Notes under the pieces: generated by a model | The model's input: only the letters and a program-made list of their open reading frames with translations | What the model was told of the DNA's origin: nothing | The model's database searches: none | Shown: piece by piece, positions 34,953 through 43,142 of the stretch | Numbering within the stretch: position 1 is the first letter of the stretch | Layout of the letters: each line of letters begins with the position of its first letter | Position numbers and translations under genes: made by a program | DNA from: Atribacterota bacterium | Lineage (GTDB): Bacteria > Atribacterota > Phoenicimicrobiia > Phoenicimicrobiales > Phoenicimicrobiaceae | NCBI GenBank assembly: GCA_030666935.1 | Contig: DAOUWX010000001.1 | Location: forward strand, 1 to 43,142 | Direction of reading: 5' to 3' | DNA: 43,142 nt

Positions 34953-36494
34953 TTGAAAGATGAATTTATTGTAAGAATAGAGAATATAACAAAAGACTTC
35001 CCAGGCATTAGAGCGCTATCGAATGTTTCCTTTAAAATAAAAAAAGGAAGCATTCATGGTCTGTGCGGGGAAAACGGTGCCGGGAAATCTACTTTAGTGA
35101 AGATTTTAGCAGGAGTTTATTCTCATAATACTGATGAGGGGAAAATTTACTTTAATAATGAAGAGTTAAAATTTACCCATTTTTCTATTCATCAGGCAAT
35201 TAAAAAAGGAATTGCTGTTGTTTATCAGGAGCTTGCTCTTGTTCCTCAAATGACAGTAGGAGAAAACATTTTTCTGGGAAGAGAACCGGGAGAGAAAAGC
35301 ATTATTAGCTGGAATAGGCTCTATTCAGATACTAAAAAAATTCTTAAGAAATATAAATTAAACATTCCCTTTTTTGCTAAGTTATCTACACTAAGTGTTG
35401 GCCAACAACAGATGGTTGAGATTGCTAAAGCCGTCTCACAGGAGGTTAAAGTTTTGATTTTAGATGAACCTACATCTGCACTTACTGAGGCTGAGATTGA
35501 TTCCTTAATGGAAATCCTCAAGCATTTAAAAGATAATGGGGTGACTTGTATATACATTTCTCATAAGCTGGAGGAGTTTTTTAGGATCACAGATAATATT
35601 ACCGTTCTTAGGGATGGTCAGGTAGTCAATACAGTGAAAACCACAGATACCTCTGTAGAGAAGGTGATTACTATGATGGTAGGGCGGGAAATGAAGGAGA
35701 GATTTCCTATTGGAAATCGCAAACCCGGGGAGAAAATTTTAGAAGTTAAGGGCTTATCGGTAGATGATCCTTCAGCTCAAGGTAAAACAAAAATCAAGGA
35801 TGTTTCATTTGATTTAAGAAAAGGTGAAATATTAGGAATAGCCGGTCTTATGGGTTCCGGAAGAAGCGAGCTTGTTACCGCTATCTTTGGAGAGTATGGA
35901 AAGCAAATTACCGGAGAAATATTTTTGGAAGGGAAACCGGTAAAAATTCGATCAGCAAGAGATGCCGTAAATAATGGAATAAGTCTTGTTCCGGAAGATA
36001 GAAAAAAGATGGGACTGGTGTTAATGCAGGCAGTCTATGAAAATATCTCCTTACCAAATATCGGGAAATTCTCTAATGCATTGAGCATTGATAAGTATAG
36101 AGAACTAAAAGAATGTAAGAAATATGCTGATAATCTTACTATAAAGACGCCATCTCTTTTTACAATTACAGAATCTTTAAGTGGAGGTAACCAACAGAAA
36201 GTGGTAATAGCAAAGTGGTTAATGTCAACACCGAAGATTCTCATTCTCGATGATCCGACCAGAGGGATTGATGTAGGAACTAAATATGAGATATACAAGC
36301 TTGTAAATAAACTTGCAGAAAATGGTATAGCTATAATTATGATCTCTTCTGAATTAGAAGAAGTACTCGGAATGAGTGACCGAATTATGGTCATGCATGA
36401 AGGTGAATGTACGAAGATTTTAGACCGAAAAGATGCAACACAAGAGAAGATAATGGCTTTTGCTTCAGGTATTAACAATTATAGTGAGGTATAG
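34953..36494 (+). CDS. xylG: D-xylose/sugar ABC transporter ATP-binding protein (two ABC domains)
   Basis: TTG start after AAGGGGGG. 513 aa. Walker A GENGAGKST and GLMGSGRSE; signatures LSVGQQQ and LSGGNQQK. Confidence 0.88.
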   Translation: MKDEFIVRIENITKDFPGIRALSNVSFKIKKGSIHGLCGENGAGKSTLVKILAGVYSHNTDEGKIYFNNEELKFTHFSIHQAIKKGIAVVYQELALVPQMTVGENIFLGREPGEKSIISWNRLYSDTKKILKKYKLNIPFFAKLSTLSVGQQQMVEIAKAVSQEVKVLILDEPTSALTEAEIDSLMEILKHLKDNGVTCIYISHKLEEFFRITDNITVLRDGQVVNTVKTTDTSVEKVITMMVGREMKERFPIGNRKPGEKILEVKGLSVDDPSAQGKTKIKDVSFDLRKGEILGIAGLMGSGRSELVTAIFGEYGKQITGEIFLEGKPVKIRSARDAVNNGISLVPEDRKKMGLVLMQAVYENISLPNIGKFSNALSIDKYRELKECKKYADNLTIKTPSLFTITESLSGGNQQKVVIAKWLMSTPKILILDDPTRGIDVGTKYEIYKLVNKLAENGIAIIMISSELEEVLGMSDRIMVMHEGECTKILDRKDATQEKIMAFASGINNYSEV

Positions 36495-36497
36495 TTA

Positions 36498-37697
36498 ATG
36501 AAATCATTAAATTTTATCGATAAAATTAAAATTAATATTAAAACTTATACATTGATAATTGCTCTTCTTATTATCTGGCTGCTTTTTGGTTTTTTAACTG
36601 ATTGGATATTCTTTTCCCCAAGAAATCTTTCCAATCTTTTCAGGCAAATGACCATCGTGGCTTTCCTTAGTATAGGAATGACTTTAGTAATTATAACTGG
36701 TAATATTGATCTTTCTGTAGGGTCGCTGACCGGTTTAATCAGTGCAATGGCTGCCTATCTTCAAGCATATACGCTTGCTCCATTACTTTCCGGACTCTTT
36801 CCAAATATGTCTATTGTTGCATTGGGCATACTAAGCACAATTATCACCATCATTGTCTGCTTGTTGGCAGGCTTATTAATCGGTATCTATCAAGGTTATG
36901 TCATTGCTTATTTGAAAGTACCGGCCTTTATTGTAACTCTGGGAGGAATGCTTGTTTTTCGTGGAGGAGTTCTTGGTATTACTCAAGGGAGAACTGTGGT
37001 TCCTATTGAAAATTCTCTCAGATGGATAGCCCAGGGATATTTGCCCAAGAATTTAGGTCTAATTGTAGCAGTTATTGCTGTAATAATTATTTTTCTGATG
37101 ACCTTGCAAAATAGAAAGAAGAAGATTCAATATGGTTTTGAACTTAAACCCCTTACTTATGATTTGCTGATAGCATCGGCTTATTCTGTCCTTGTTTTCG
37201 GTTCTATTCTGATTGTGAATGATTATAGGGGGATACAGAATCCAGTAATAATTATGATAGTAATAGCAATTTTGATTACCTACCTAAGTAATAGCACTCG
37301 ATTTGGACGGTACGTTTATGCTCTTGGAGGAAACATTGAAGCAACTAAACTTTCAGGTATAAATGTTCAATCTATTATTTTTAAAGTTTTTATCCTTATG
37401 GGTCTTTTATGTGCAGTTGCTGGAATTGTTCTTACTGGTTATGTTGCGGCAGGTACAATTGGTGGTGGGATGAATTACGAACTTTCTGCGATAGCCGGTT
37501 GTGTTATCGGTGGGGTAAGTTTAATGGGAGGCAAGGGAACAATTATTGGAGCTCTAATAGGTGCCTTAATTATGGCAAGCCTCGAGAATGGAATGAGTGT
37601 TATGAATATGGGTGTATTCTGGCAGTATATAGTTAAAGGCTTAGTCCTGATTCTAGCAGTTTATGTAGATATTGCATCCAAGAAAAGCAACTCCTGA
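36498..37697 (+). CDS. xylH: D-xylose/sugar ABC transporter permease (BPD_transp_2)
   Basis: 399-aa multi-TM ORF with GGNIEATKLSGINV. It starts 4 nt after the xylG stop. Confidence 0.85.
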   Translation: MKSLNFIDKIKINIKTYTLIIALLIIWLLFGFLTDWIFFSPRNLSNLFRQMTIVAFLSIGMTLVIITGNIDLSVGSLTGLISAMAAYLQAYTLAPLLSGLFPNMSIVALGILSTIITIIVCLLAGLLIGIYQGYVIAYLKVPAFIVTLGGMLVFRGGVLGITQGRTVVPIENSLRWIAQGYLPKNLGLIVAVIAVIIIFLMTLQNRKKKIQYGFELKPLTYDLLIASAYSVLVFGSILIVNDYRGIQNPVIIMIVIAILITYLSNSTRFGRYVYALGGNIEATKLSGINVQSIIFKVFILMGLLCAVAGIVLTGYVAAGTIGGGMNYELSAIAGCVIGGVSLMGGKGTIIGALIGALIMASLENGMSVMNMGVFWQYIVKGLVLILAVYVDIASKKSNS

Positions 37698-37827
37698 TCC
37701 TGATAAGAAGAAGACATAAAAACAAATATTTTGATGAAATTATATATTATTTATTTAAAATATAAATTTCTAATCCCAAGTAATATCTCTTCTTTAAGCA
37801 AAAAATATTAATACAGAGGCGAAGAAA

Positions 37828-39000
37828 ATGATTAAAGGAAAAGAAATAAACAATATAGGTGAAGTTTTACGTTATGGTATGGTTGGCGGTGGAACTGGTT
37901 CTTTTATTGGTGATGTTCATCGTAAGTCTGCTAATTTTGATGGAAAAATAAAGTTAGTCGCAGGTTCTTTTTCCAGAAATTATGATAATACCTTATCTAC
38001 AGGGGGAAAGTTAGGTTTAGAGACCGCAAGGCTTTATAAAAACTTTGAAGAAATGGCTGAAAAAGAGGCAGCAAGGAAGGATAAAATTGATTTTGTTTCA
38101 ATTGTGACTCCGAATCACGCCCACTATAAGATTGCAAAAACCTTTTTGAAAAATGGTATTAATGTTGTTTGTGATAAACCTTTATGTTTTAAAGTTGAAG
38201 AAGCAGAAGAATTGGCTGATTTAGCAAAAGAAAAAGAACTTCTCTTTTGTGTTACTTATGTTTATACTGGTTATCCAATGATTAAACAGGCCCGTGAAAT
38301 GATTCGTCAAGGAGATATAGGAGAGATCCTGATGGTTATGGCTGAATATCCTCAGGAATGGCTTGCTACTACAGTAGAAAATGAAGGAAACAATCAGGCA
38401 GCTTGGAGAACTAATCCCAAAATGACAGGAAGTTCTAACTGTGTGGGAGATATTGGAAGCCATATTGAAGATACCGTATCTTATATTACTGGATTAAAGA
38501 TTAAGTCCCTTTGTGCTAAATTAGATATAATCGGCGAAAACAGGATTTTAGATACGAACGCTGGCATTATGATTAAATATGATAGTGGTGCAAGTGGTTT
38601 TTATTGGTGTTCACAGATTGCAATTGGTCATGATAATGACCTGAAGATAAGAATTTATGCTACAAAGGGCAGTATCGAATGGCAACAGGAAGATCCTAAT
38701 TATCTAAAAGTTGCATATCTTGGTAAACCAAAAGAGAATTTATCAAGAGGACGTGATGAAATTTATCCATTGGCAGCTAATAATGTACGAATTCCAGGGG
38801 GTCATGTTGAAGGTTATTATGAAGCATTTGCCAATATTTATAAAAATTTTGCAGATGCATTGCTATCTAAAAAATCAGATTGTAACTTCGAAAAAAAGAA
38901 TTATGATTATCCAACGGTTTATGAAGGTATAAACGGCGTTAAATTTATCAATTCAGCAGTTGAAAGTTCAAAAAATGGTTCAATATGGGTAGATTTGTAA
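37828..39000 (+). CDS. Gfo/Idh/MocA-family oxidoreductase
   Basis: 390 aa. N-terminal Rossmann YGMVGGGTGSFIGDVH and IVTPNHAHYKIAKTFLKNGINVVCDKPL. Confidence 0.85.
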   Translation: MIKGKEINNIGEVLRYGMVGGGTGSFIGDVHRKSANFDGKIKLVAGSFSRNYDNTLSTGGKLGLETARLYKNFEEMAEKEAARKDKIDFVSIVTPNHAHYKIAKTFLKNGINVVCDKPLCFKVEEAEELADLAKEKELLFCVTYVYTGYPMIKQAREMIRQGDIGEILMVMAEYPQEWLATTVENEGNNQAAWRTNPKMTGSSNCVGDIGSHIEDTVSYITGLKIKSLCAKLDIIGENRILDTNAGIMIKYDSGASGFYWCSQIAIGHDNDLKIRIYATKGSIEWQQEDPNYLKVAYLGKPKENLSRGRDEIYPLAANNVRIPGGHVEGYYEAFANIYKNFADALLSKKSDCNFEKKNYDYPTVYEGINGVKFINSAVESSKNGSIWVDL

Positions 39001-39085
39001 AGTAAAAGACATTAAAAACAAATATTTAAATAAAATTTTATGTTATTATATATTTATAGATAAGTTAAAAAAGAAAGAATTTTAT

Positions 39086-40264
39086 ATGATGATAAAAACC
39101 AAAATAATGTTAGGAAATTCAATCGTAATCAGAAAATGGAATTTAAGTACTATTTTTAAAGCAATCCGCAAGCAAGGTCCTATTTCCCGAATAGAATTAA
39201 CTGAAATTACAGGATGTAGTGCCGGTACAGTGTCTAACCATGTTAGGACTCTGATTAGAAAAGGCTTCGTGATTGAAACCAAAAAAGGTATTTCTTCCGG
39301 AGGAAGAAAACCAATACAGTTAATGGTTAACCCTAACAAAGCTTATATTTTTAGTATTGAGATCGAGGTTACCCGGATAAAGATAGTGGTGTTTGATTTA
39401 GAAATAAAAGTGGTAACAAAGAGTGTCATTCCCATAATATATAAAGATAATTACATGAAGACCCTTAAACAGGTATTTTTTGAGATGGATAAGATGATAG
39501 AAGAAAAGAATTTAAAATTGGATAATCTCCTGGGAATAGGAGTAGCAGTGCCTGGCTTGATTGATAAAGTAAAGGGTATACTAGAATTTGCGCCTAATTT
39601 AGGATGGAAAAATGTACATATTTCAAAGATTTTTAAAGACAAATATGGTCTTCCTATAACCTTAAATAATGAGGCAAAAGCAGCAGCTATCGGGGAAAGA
39701 GACTCTATTTATCCTAAAATAAACAATATGGTATTTGTTTCTATTAATGAAGGAATAGGCTGCGGAATTTTTTTTAATGGTGAATTATACAGGGGAGCTA
39801 GTGGAAATGCAGGGGAATTCGGTCATATAATCATTGATACTAATGGTCCAATATGTCACTGTGGCAATAAAGGATGTTGGGAAACACTTGCTTCGGAAAG
39901 CTATATTGTCAATAGATATTTAAAGTTATCTAATAGTAATAAAGAATTGACCAAGAAAGAAATATATCAATTAGGTAAAAATGGCGATAAAAAAATAATT
40001 GAGATATTTAATGAAGCAGGAAGAAATATAGGGATAGGATTAGTCAATATTATTAATGGGCTTAGTCCTGAATTGGTAGTAATTGGTGGTGGCGTTGCAG
40101 AAATAAAAGATTATATTTATGACGAAATTATTAAAAAACTTGAAGAAAATGCTTTATCTGTTTCCTATAGATCTGTAAAAATTAAATTTAGTAAATTGGG
40201 CAGCTTAGCAGCAGTTTATGGGATGGCTGATTTGATTATTAATGAAAGAATTAAATTTATTTAA
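39086..40264 (+). CDS. xylR: ROK-family transcriptional regulator (XylR-like)
   Basis: N-terminal wHTH (ISRIELTEITGCSAGTVSNHVRTLIRKGFV). ROK fold with GNAGEFGH and the zinc motif CHCGNKGCWE. Confidence 0.75.
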   Translation: MMIKTKIMLGNSIVIRKWNLSTIFKAIRKQGPISRIELTEITGCSAGTVSNHVRTLIRKGFVIETKKGISSGGRKPIQLMVNPNKAYIFSIEIEVTRIKIVVFDLEIKVVTKSVIPIIYKDNYMKTLKQVFFEMDKMIEEKNLKLDNLLGIGVAVPGLIDKVKGILEFAPNLGWKNVHISKIFKDKYGLPITLNNEAKAAAIGERDSIYPKINNMVFVSINEGIGCGIFFNGELYRGASGNAGEFGHIIIDTNGPICHCGNKGCWETLASESYIVNRYLKLSNSNKELTKKEIYQLGKNGDKKIIEIFNEAGRNIGIGLVNIINGLSPELVVIGGGVAEIKDYIYDEIIKKLEENALSVSYRSVKIKFSKLGSLAAVYGMADLIINERIKFI

Positions 40265-40301
40265 TATGAGTTAAAGATAAAGAATAAATAGCAGGTGTTT
40301 T

Positions 40302-41813
40302 ATGGAATATTTATTAGGACTTGATATCGGAACCAGCGGTGTAAAAACCCTGTTAATATCTTTGGAAGGCAAGATTATTTCTAACAAAACAACCTCATAT
40401 CCCCTGGCAACTCTCCACCCCGGTTGGGCAGAACAATCTCCCTATGATTGGTGGGAAGCCACTGTAAATGCGATAAAAGAAATAGTTTCTAATGCTTATA
40501 TCGACACAAACCAGATTAAAGGAATAAGTCTATCCGGACAGATGCACAGCTCAGTCTTCCTTAATGAAAAAATGGAGGTCATTAGACCAGCGATCCTCTG
40601 GAGTGATACCCGTACCTCGGACCAATGTACAGAAATTTATGCCAAAGCAGGAGGATTGGATCAGCTAATCCATTATGTATCTAATCCCGCTCTGGAGGGT
40701 TTTACTGCACCTAAGATCTTATGGTTAAAAGAGAAGGAACCAGAAAATTACCAAAAGGTTAAATATATTCTTTTGCCCAAAGATTATATCCGCTACAGGC
40801 TAACCAATGAGCTGTTTACTGAAGTTTCTGATGCTGCCGGTACTCTATTGTTTGATGTAATAAAGAAAAGATGGTCTACCAGCTTATTAGAAAAACTGGA
40901 GATTGACAAAAATTTACTCCCTCCGGTACTTAATTCATTCGATTTAGCTGGTAGGATAACTAAAAATATAGCTGATCAAATCGGATTAAAATTTGGAACT
41001 CCGGTAGTTGCCGGAGGAGCGGATAATGCCTGTGGGGCAGTGGGAAGTGGAATAACAGAAGGAGGAAGGGTGATGGTTAGTATCGGCTCCTCAGGAGTAG
41101 TCTTGGCTCAGACCAATAATCCCCAGGCTGATCAAGAAGGAAGGATACATCTATTTAATCATTCCTGCCCGGATAGCTGGTATATGATGGGGGTAAGCTT
41201 ATCAGCAGGTATTTCCTATGAATGGTTAAAGAAAAAGTTATTTAATAATATCTTGGATTATATTAAATTAGATCAATTAGCAGAAGAGATAGAACCTGGT
41301 AGCGAAGGATTAATCTTTTTGCCCTATCTCTACGGAGAAAGAACGCCCCATACTGATGCTAATGCTCGTGGGGTATATTTTGGAATATCCGGAAAACATG
41401 ACCAAAGACATTTCACAAGAAGTATCCTGGAAGGTGTAACTTTTGCCCTAAAAGATTCTCTGGAATTAATTAAAAATAAAGGGGTTAAGATTAAAGAGAT
41501 AAGGGCTATCGGAGGGGGAGCAAAGAGCAGAGTATGGCAGCAGATATTGGCTGATGTATTAGGCGAAGAGATAAATTTACTGAATGTGGAAGAAGGGCCC
41601 GCTTTTGGAGCAGCTTTGATTGCCGGAGTAGGTGTTGGCGTATATGATAGTTTTACAGAAGTAGTGAATAGGATTATTAAAGTTAAAAAAACTATCGTTC
41701 CCGGGATTCAAAATACCGAAAAATATAATCAATATTATCAATTATACAAAAAATTGTATTACAGTTTGAAAGAAGACTTCAAAGAATTAAAAAAATTAAT
41801 CAGTCCTATCTGA
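40302..41813 (+). CDS. xylB: Xylulokinase (FGGY family)
   Basis: 503 aa with LLGLDIGTSGVKTLL, GISLSGQMHS, GGADNACGAVGSG and GGGAKS. Confidence 0.85.
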   Translation: MEYLLGLDIGTSGVKTLLISLEGKIISNKTTSYPLATLHPGWAEQSPYDWWEATVNAIKEIVSNAYIDTNQIKGISLSGQMHSSVFLNEKMEVIRPAILWSDTRTSDQCTEIYAKAGGLDQLIHYVSNPALEGFTAPKILWLKEKEPENYQKVKYILLPKDYIRYRLTNELFTEVSDAAGTLLFDVIKKRWSTSLLEKLEIDKNLLPPVLNSFDLAGRITKNIADQIGLKFGTPVVAGGADNACGAVGSGITEGGRVMVSIGSSGVVLAQTNNPQADQEGRIHLFNHSCPDSWYMMGVSLSAGISYEWLKKKLFNNILDYIKLDQLAEEIEPGSEGLIFLPYLYGERTPHTDANARGVYFGISGKHDQRHFTRSILEGVTFALKDSLELIKNKGVKIKEIRAIGGGAKSRVWQQILADVLGEEINLLNVEEGPAFGAALIAGVGVGVYDSFTEVVNRIIKVKKTIVPGIQNTEKYNQYYQLYKKLYYSLKEDFKELKKLISPI

Positions 41814-42986
41814 TTTATTTTCCAAAACTTTAGCTCCTTCAGCAGGACGGGTTATATATATATCCGAAGTAATACCGGTCGTCTTTTTATATTCTTTCTT
41901 AATCTTCTTCTCAAAGGCATCAACATAATCTCTCTTTAGTAAGTTTACAGTACAACCACCGAATCCGGCTCCGGTCATACGGGCACCTAAAACTCCCTCC
42001 TGTTCTATAGCCAAATCGACTAAAAGGTCTAATTCGGCACAACTTACCTCATAATCATCCTTAAGGCTCCTGTGTGATTCTACCATTAGCTTCCCAAAAG
42101 CAGAAAAGTTTTTCTTTCTTAAAGCCTGTACCCCGGCTTGAACCCGGTAATTTTCTAAAATTACATGCCTGGCTCTCCGGGCTATTGGTTCTGGTAAACA
42201 TTGCTGATATTGTTTAAACTCCTCTATGGTAACATCTCGCAAAGTATGAATTTTAGATCCTAACCTATGAGTAAAAAATTTAGCAGCCCTCTTGCATTCT
42301 TCTCTTCTTTTATTGTATTCAGAATTAATCAAGCTCCTTTGAATCTTAGAATTACAAATTACTATCTGGTAATTGTGGTCTTTAAAAGGGGTTAATTGAT
42401 ATTTATTGGTTCTACAATCAATAAAAAGGGCATAATTTTTTTGCCCCAAACAGGAAATATATTGGTCCATAATACCGCAAGCGACCCCTACAAAATTATT
42501 CTCTGCTCTCCGAGAGAGGTGCGCCATTTCCAGCGGTTCAATGTCCAATGAATTTAATTTTACCATAGTTAATACAGTAACCACTTCTAAAGCAGCAGAT
42601 GAACTTAATCCCGCTTTCCGGGGAATATTACTTCCAAAAATGAGGTTTGTTCCTTGTAAAGGATATCCTGCTTTTTGTATTTCGTCCATTACGCCCATCA
42701 AATAATTCGTCCAGGTATCTTTTTTAGAAGGAGATAAACTATCTAAAGAAAATTTAATTTCAGTTTTATAAACAAAATCAAAAACCTGAACCAACCGATC
42801 GTTTCTTAATTGCCCCAGCATAACCACCTCTTTTTCGATAGCCATTGGCAAAACAAAACCTTCATTATAATCAGTATGTTCACCAATTAGATTAACCCTT
42901 CCTGGGGCAGAAAAGGCACCTTTAGTTAAACCAGTATCAGTAAATTTATCCTTAAATATCTTCCATAATTTATTCAAATCTTGCAT
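41796..42986 (-). CDS. galK: Galactokinase
   Basis: GRVNLIGEHTDYNEG signature, GHMP motif GLSSSAALEV, and ARMTGAGFGGC. Its 3' end overlaps the xylB 3' end by 18 nt (convergent). Confidence 0.92.
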   Translation of the reverse strand: MQDLNKLWKIFKDKFTDTGLTKGAFSAPGRVNLIGEHTDYNEGFVLPMAIEKEVVMLGQLRNDRLVQVFDFVYKTEIKFSLDSLSPSKKDTWTNYLMGVMDEIQKAGYPLQGTNLIFGSNIPRKAGLSSSAALEVVTVLTMVKLNSLDIEPLEMAHLSRRAENNFVGVACGIMDQYISCLGQKNYALFIDCRTNKYQLTPFKDHNYQIVICNSKIQRSLINSEYNKRREECKRAAKFFTHRLGSKIHTLRDVTIEEFKQYQQCLPEPIARRARHVILENYRVQAGVQALRKKNFSAFGKLMVESHRSLKDDYEVSCAELDLLVDLAIEQEGVLGARMTGAGFGGCTVNLLKRDYVDAFEKKIKKEYKKTTGITSDIYITRPAEGAKVLENKSDRTD

Positions 42987-43069
42987 TGAAATTTCCTCTT
43001 TATTTTACTTTGTATTCAAATATTTCTATAATTAATTCCTTGACAACTCTGCTTTATCTTTGATATTTC

Positions 43070-43142
43070 TTATAGGGAAACTATTTCTTGAGGTAATGTT
43101 TTTCTTAACTCTTGAGCTTTTTCTTCAGGTAAACAATTATTA
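43070..43142 (-). CDS. C-terminal end of an unidentified minus-strand CDS (partial, continues beyond the right edge)
   Basis: The frame is open from the window edge to the TAA at 43070-43072, reading ..NNCLPEEKAQELRKTLPQEIVSL*. Identity cannot be assigned from 23 residues. Confidence 0.35.
   Translation of the reverse strand, partial: NNCLPEEKAQELRKTLPQEIVSL

Noticed and set aside
30495-39642. Shadow ORFs in the right half (30495-30782, 30915-31133, 30967-31194, 31146-31358, 33220-33411, 34485-34775, 35321-35557, 36035-36478, 37409-37636, 38221-38463, 38711-38932, 39082-39339, 39451-39642); also 22497-22763 and 26413-26625 within the island
   Set aside because: Same reasoning: each is fully contained in a confidently assigned CDS on the opposite strand or in another frame.
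41796-41813. The 18-nt convergent overlap of the xylB and galK 3' ends as a regulatory feature
   Set aside because: Short convergent overlaps are common in compact genomes, and either stop could be as annotated. Nothing in the sequence suggests more than tight packing.

Overview
This is a visibly AT-rich bacterial chromosomal segment with two ordinary carbohydrate-metabolism flanks and a mosaic accessory island between them.

Left flank (about 1-16.7 kb, mostly minus strand):
- a PotA/MalK-type ABC importer (SBP, two permeases, ATPase; the ATPase gene runs off the left edge)
- a Hyi-like TIM-barrel isomerase and a URO-D/MtaA-like protein
- a CUT2 (RbsABC-like) sugar ABC importer
- a TrmH/SpoU RNA methyltransferase and an IolI-like TIM-barrel gene (+)
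- an operon of MtlD-family dehydrogenase, PfkB kinase, D-lyxose/D-mannose-isomerase-family cupin and glpK

Right flank (about 32.2-43.1 kb):
- a xylose-regulon-like block on the plus strand: divergent XylA-family isomerase, xylF, xylG, xylH, Gfo/Idh/MocA oxidoreductase, ROK regulator, xylB
- a convergent galK

Centre (about 16.8-32.0 kb): an accessory island transcribed entirely on the minus strand.
- It is cut into five cassettes by at least six direct copies of a ~110-190 bp junction element.
- Read on the minus strand, each element has a promoter-like box, a structured segment ending in a degenerate tRNA-3'-end-like GGGGAGC, an intrinsic terminator and a conserved AAAAAGAAGGATTTT box.
- The rightmost copy still holds a genuine tRNA T-arm/acceptor 3' fragment.

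The cassettes carry:
- a GGDEF cyclase
- an operon of about nine tiny, mostly membrane proteins
- an 829-aa surface lipoprotein (Big_2, cadherin/PKD-like and DUF1566 domains)
- a Gly-zipper mini-protein with a 218-aa partner
- a micro-ORF coupled to a 128-aa protein
- a SAM methyltransferase flanked by direct repeats, a GNAT and a Pfs/PNP-family nucleosidase

The tiny-protein operon and the lipoprotein gene are each preceded by a copy of a tandem glycine riboswitch. One copy is intact with a terminator platform; the other is decayed. Decayed ParA and tyrosine-recombinase fragments point to a mobile origin.

I saw no rRNA, intact tRNA, CRISPR array, cas gene or intact transposase. All family calls rest on motif recognition by eye, not on database searches.
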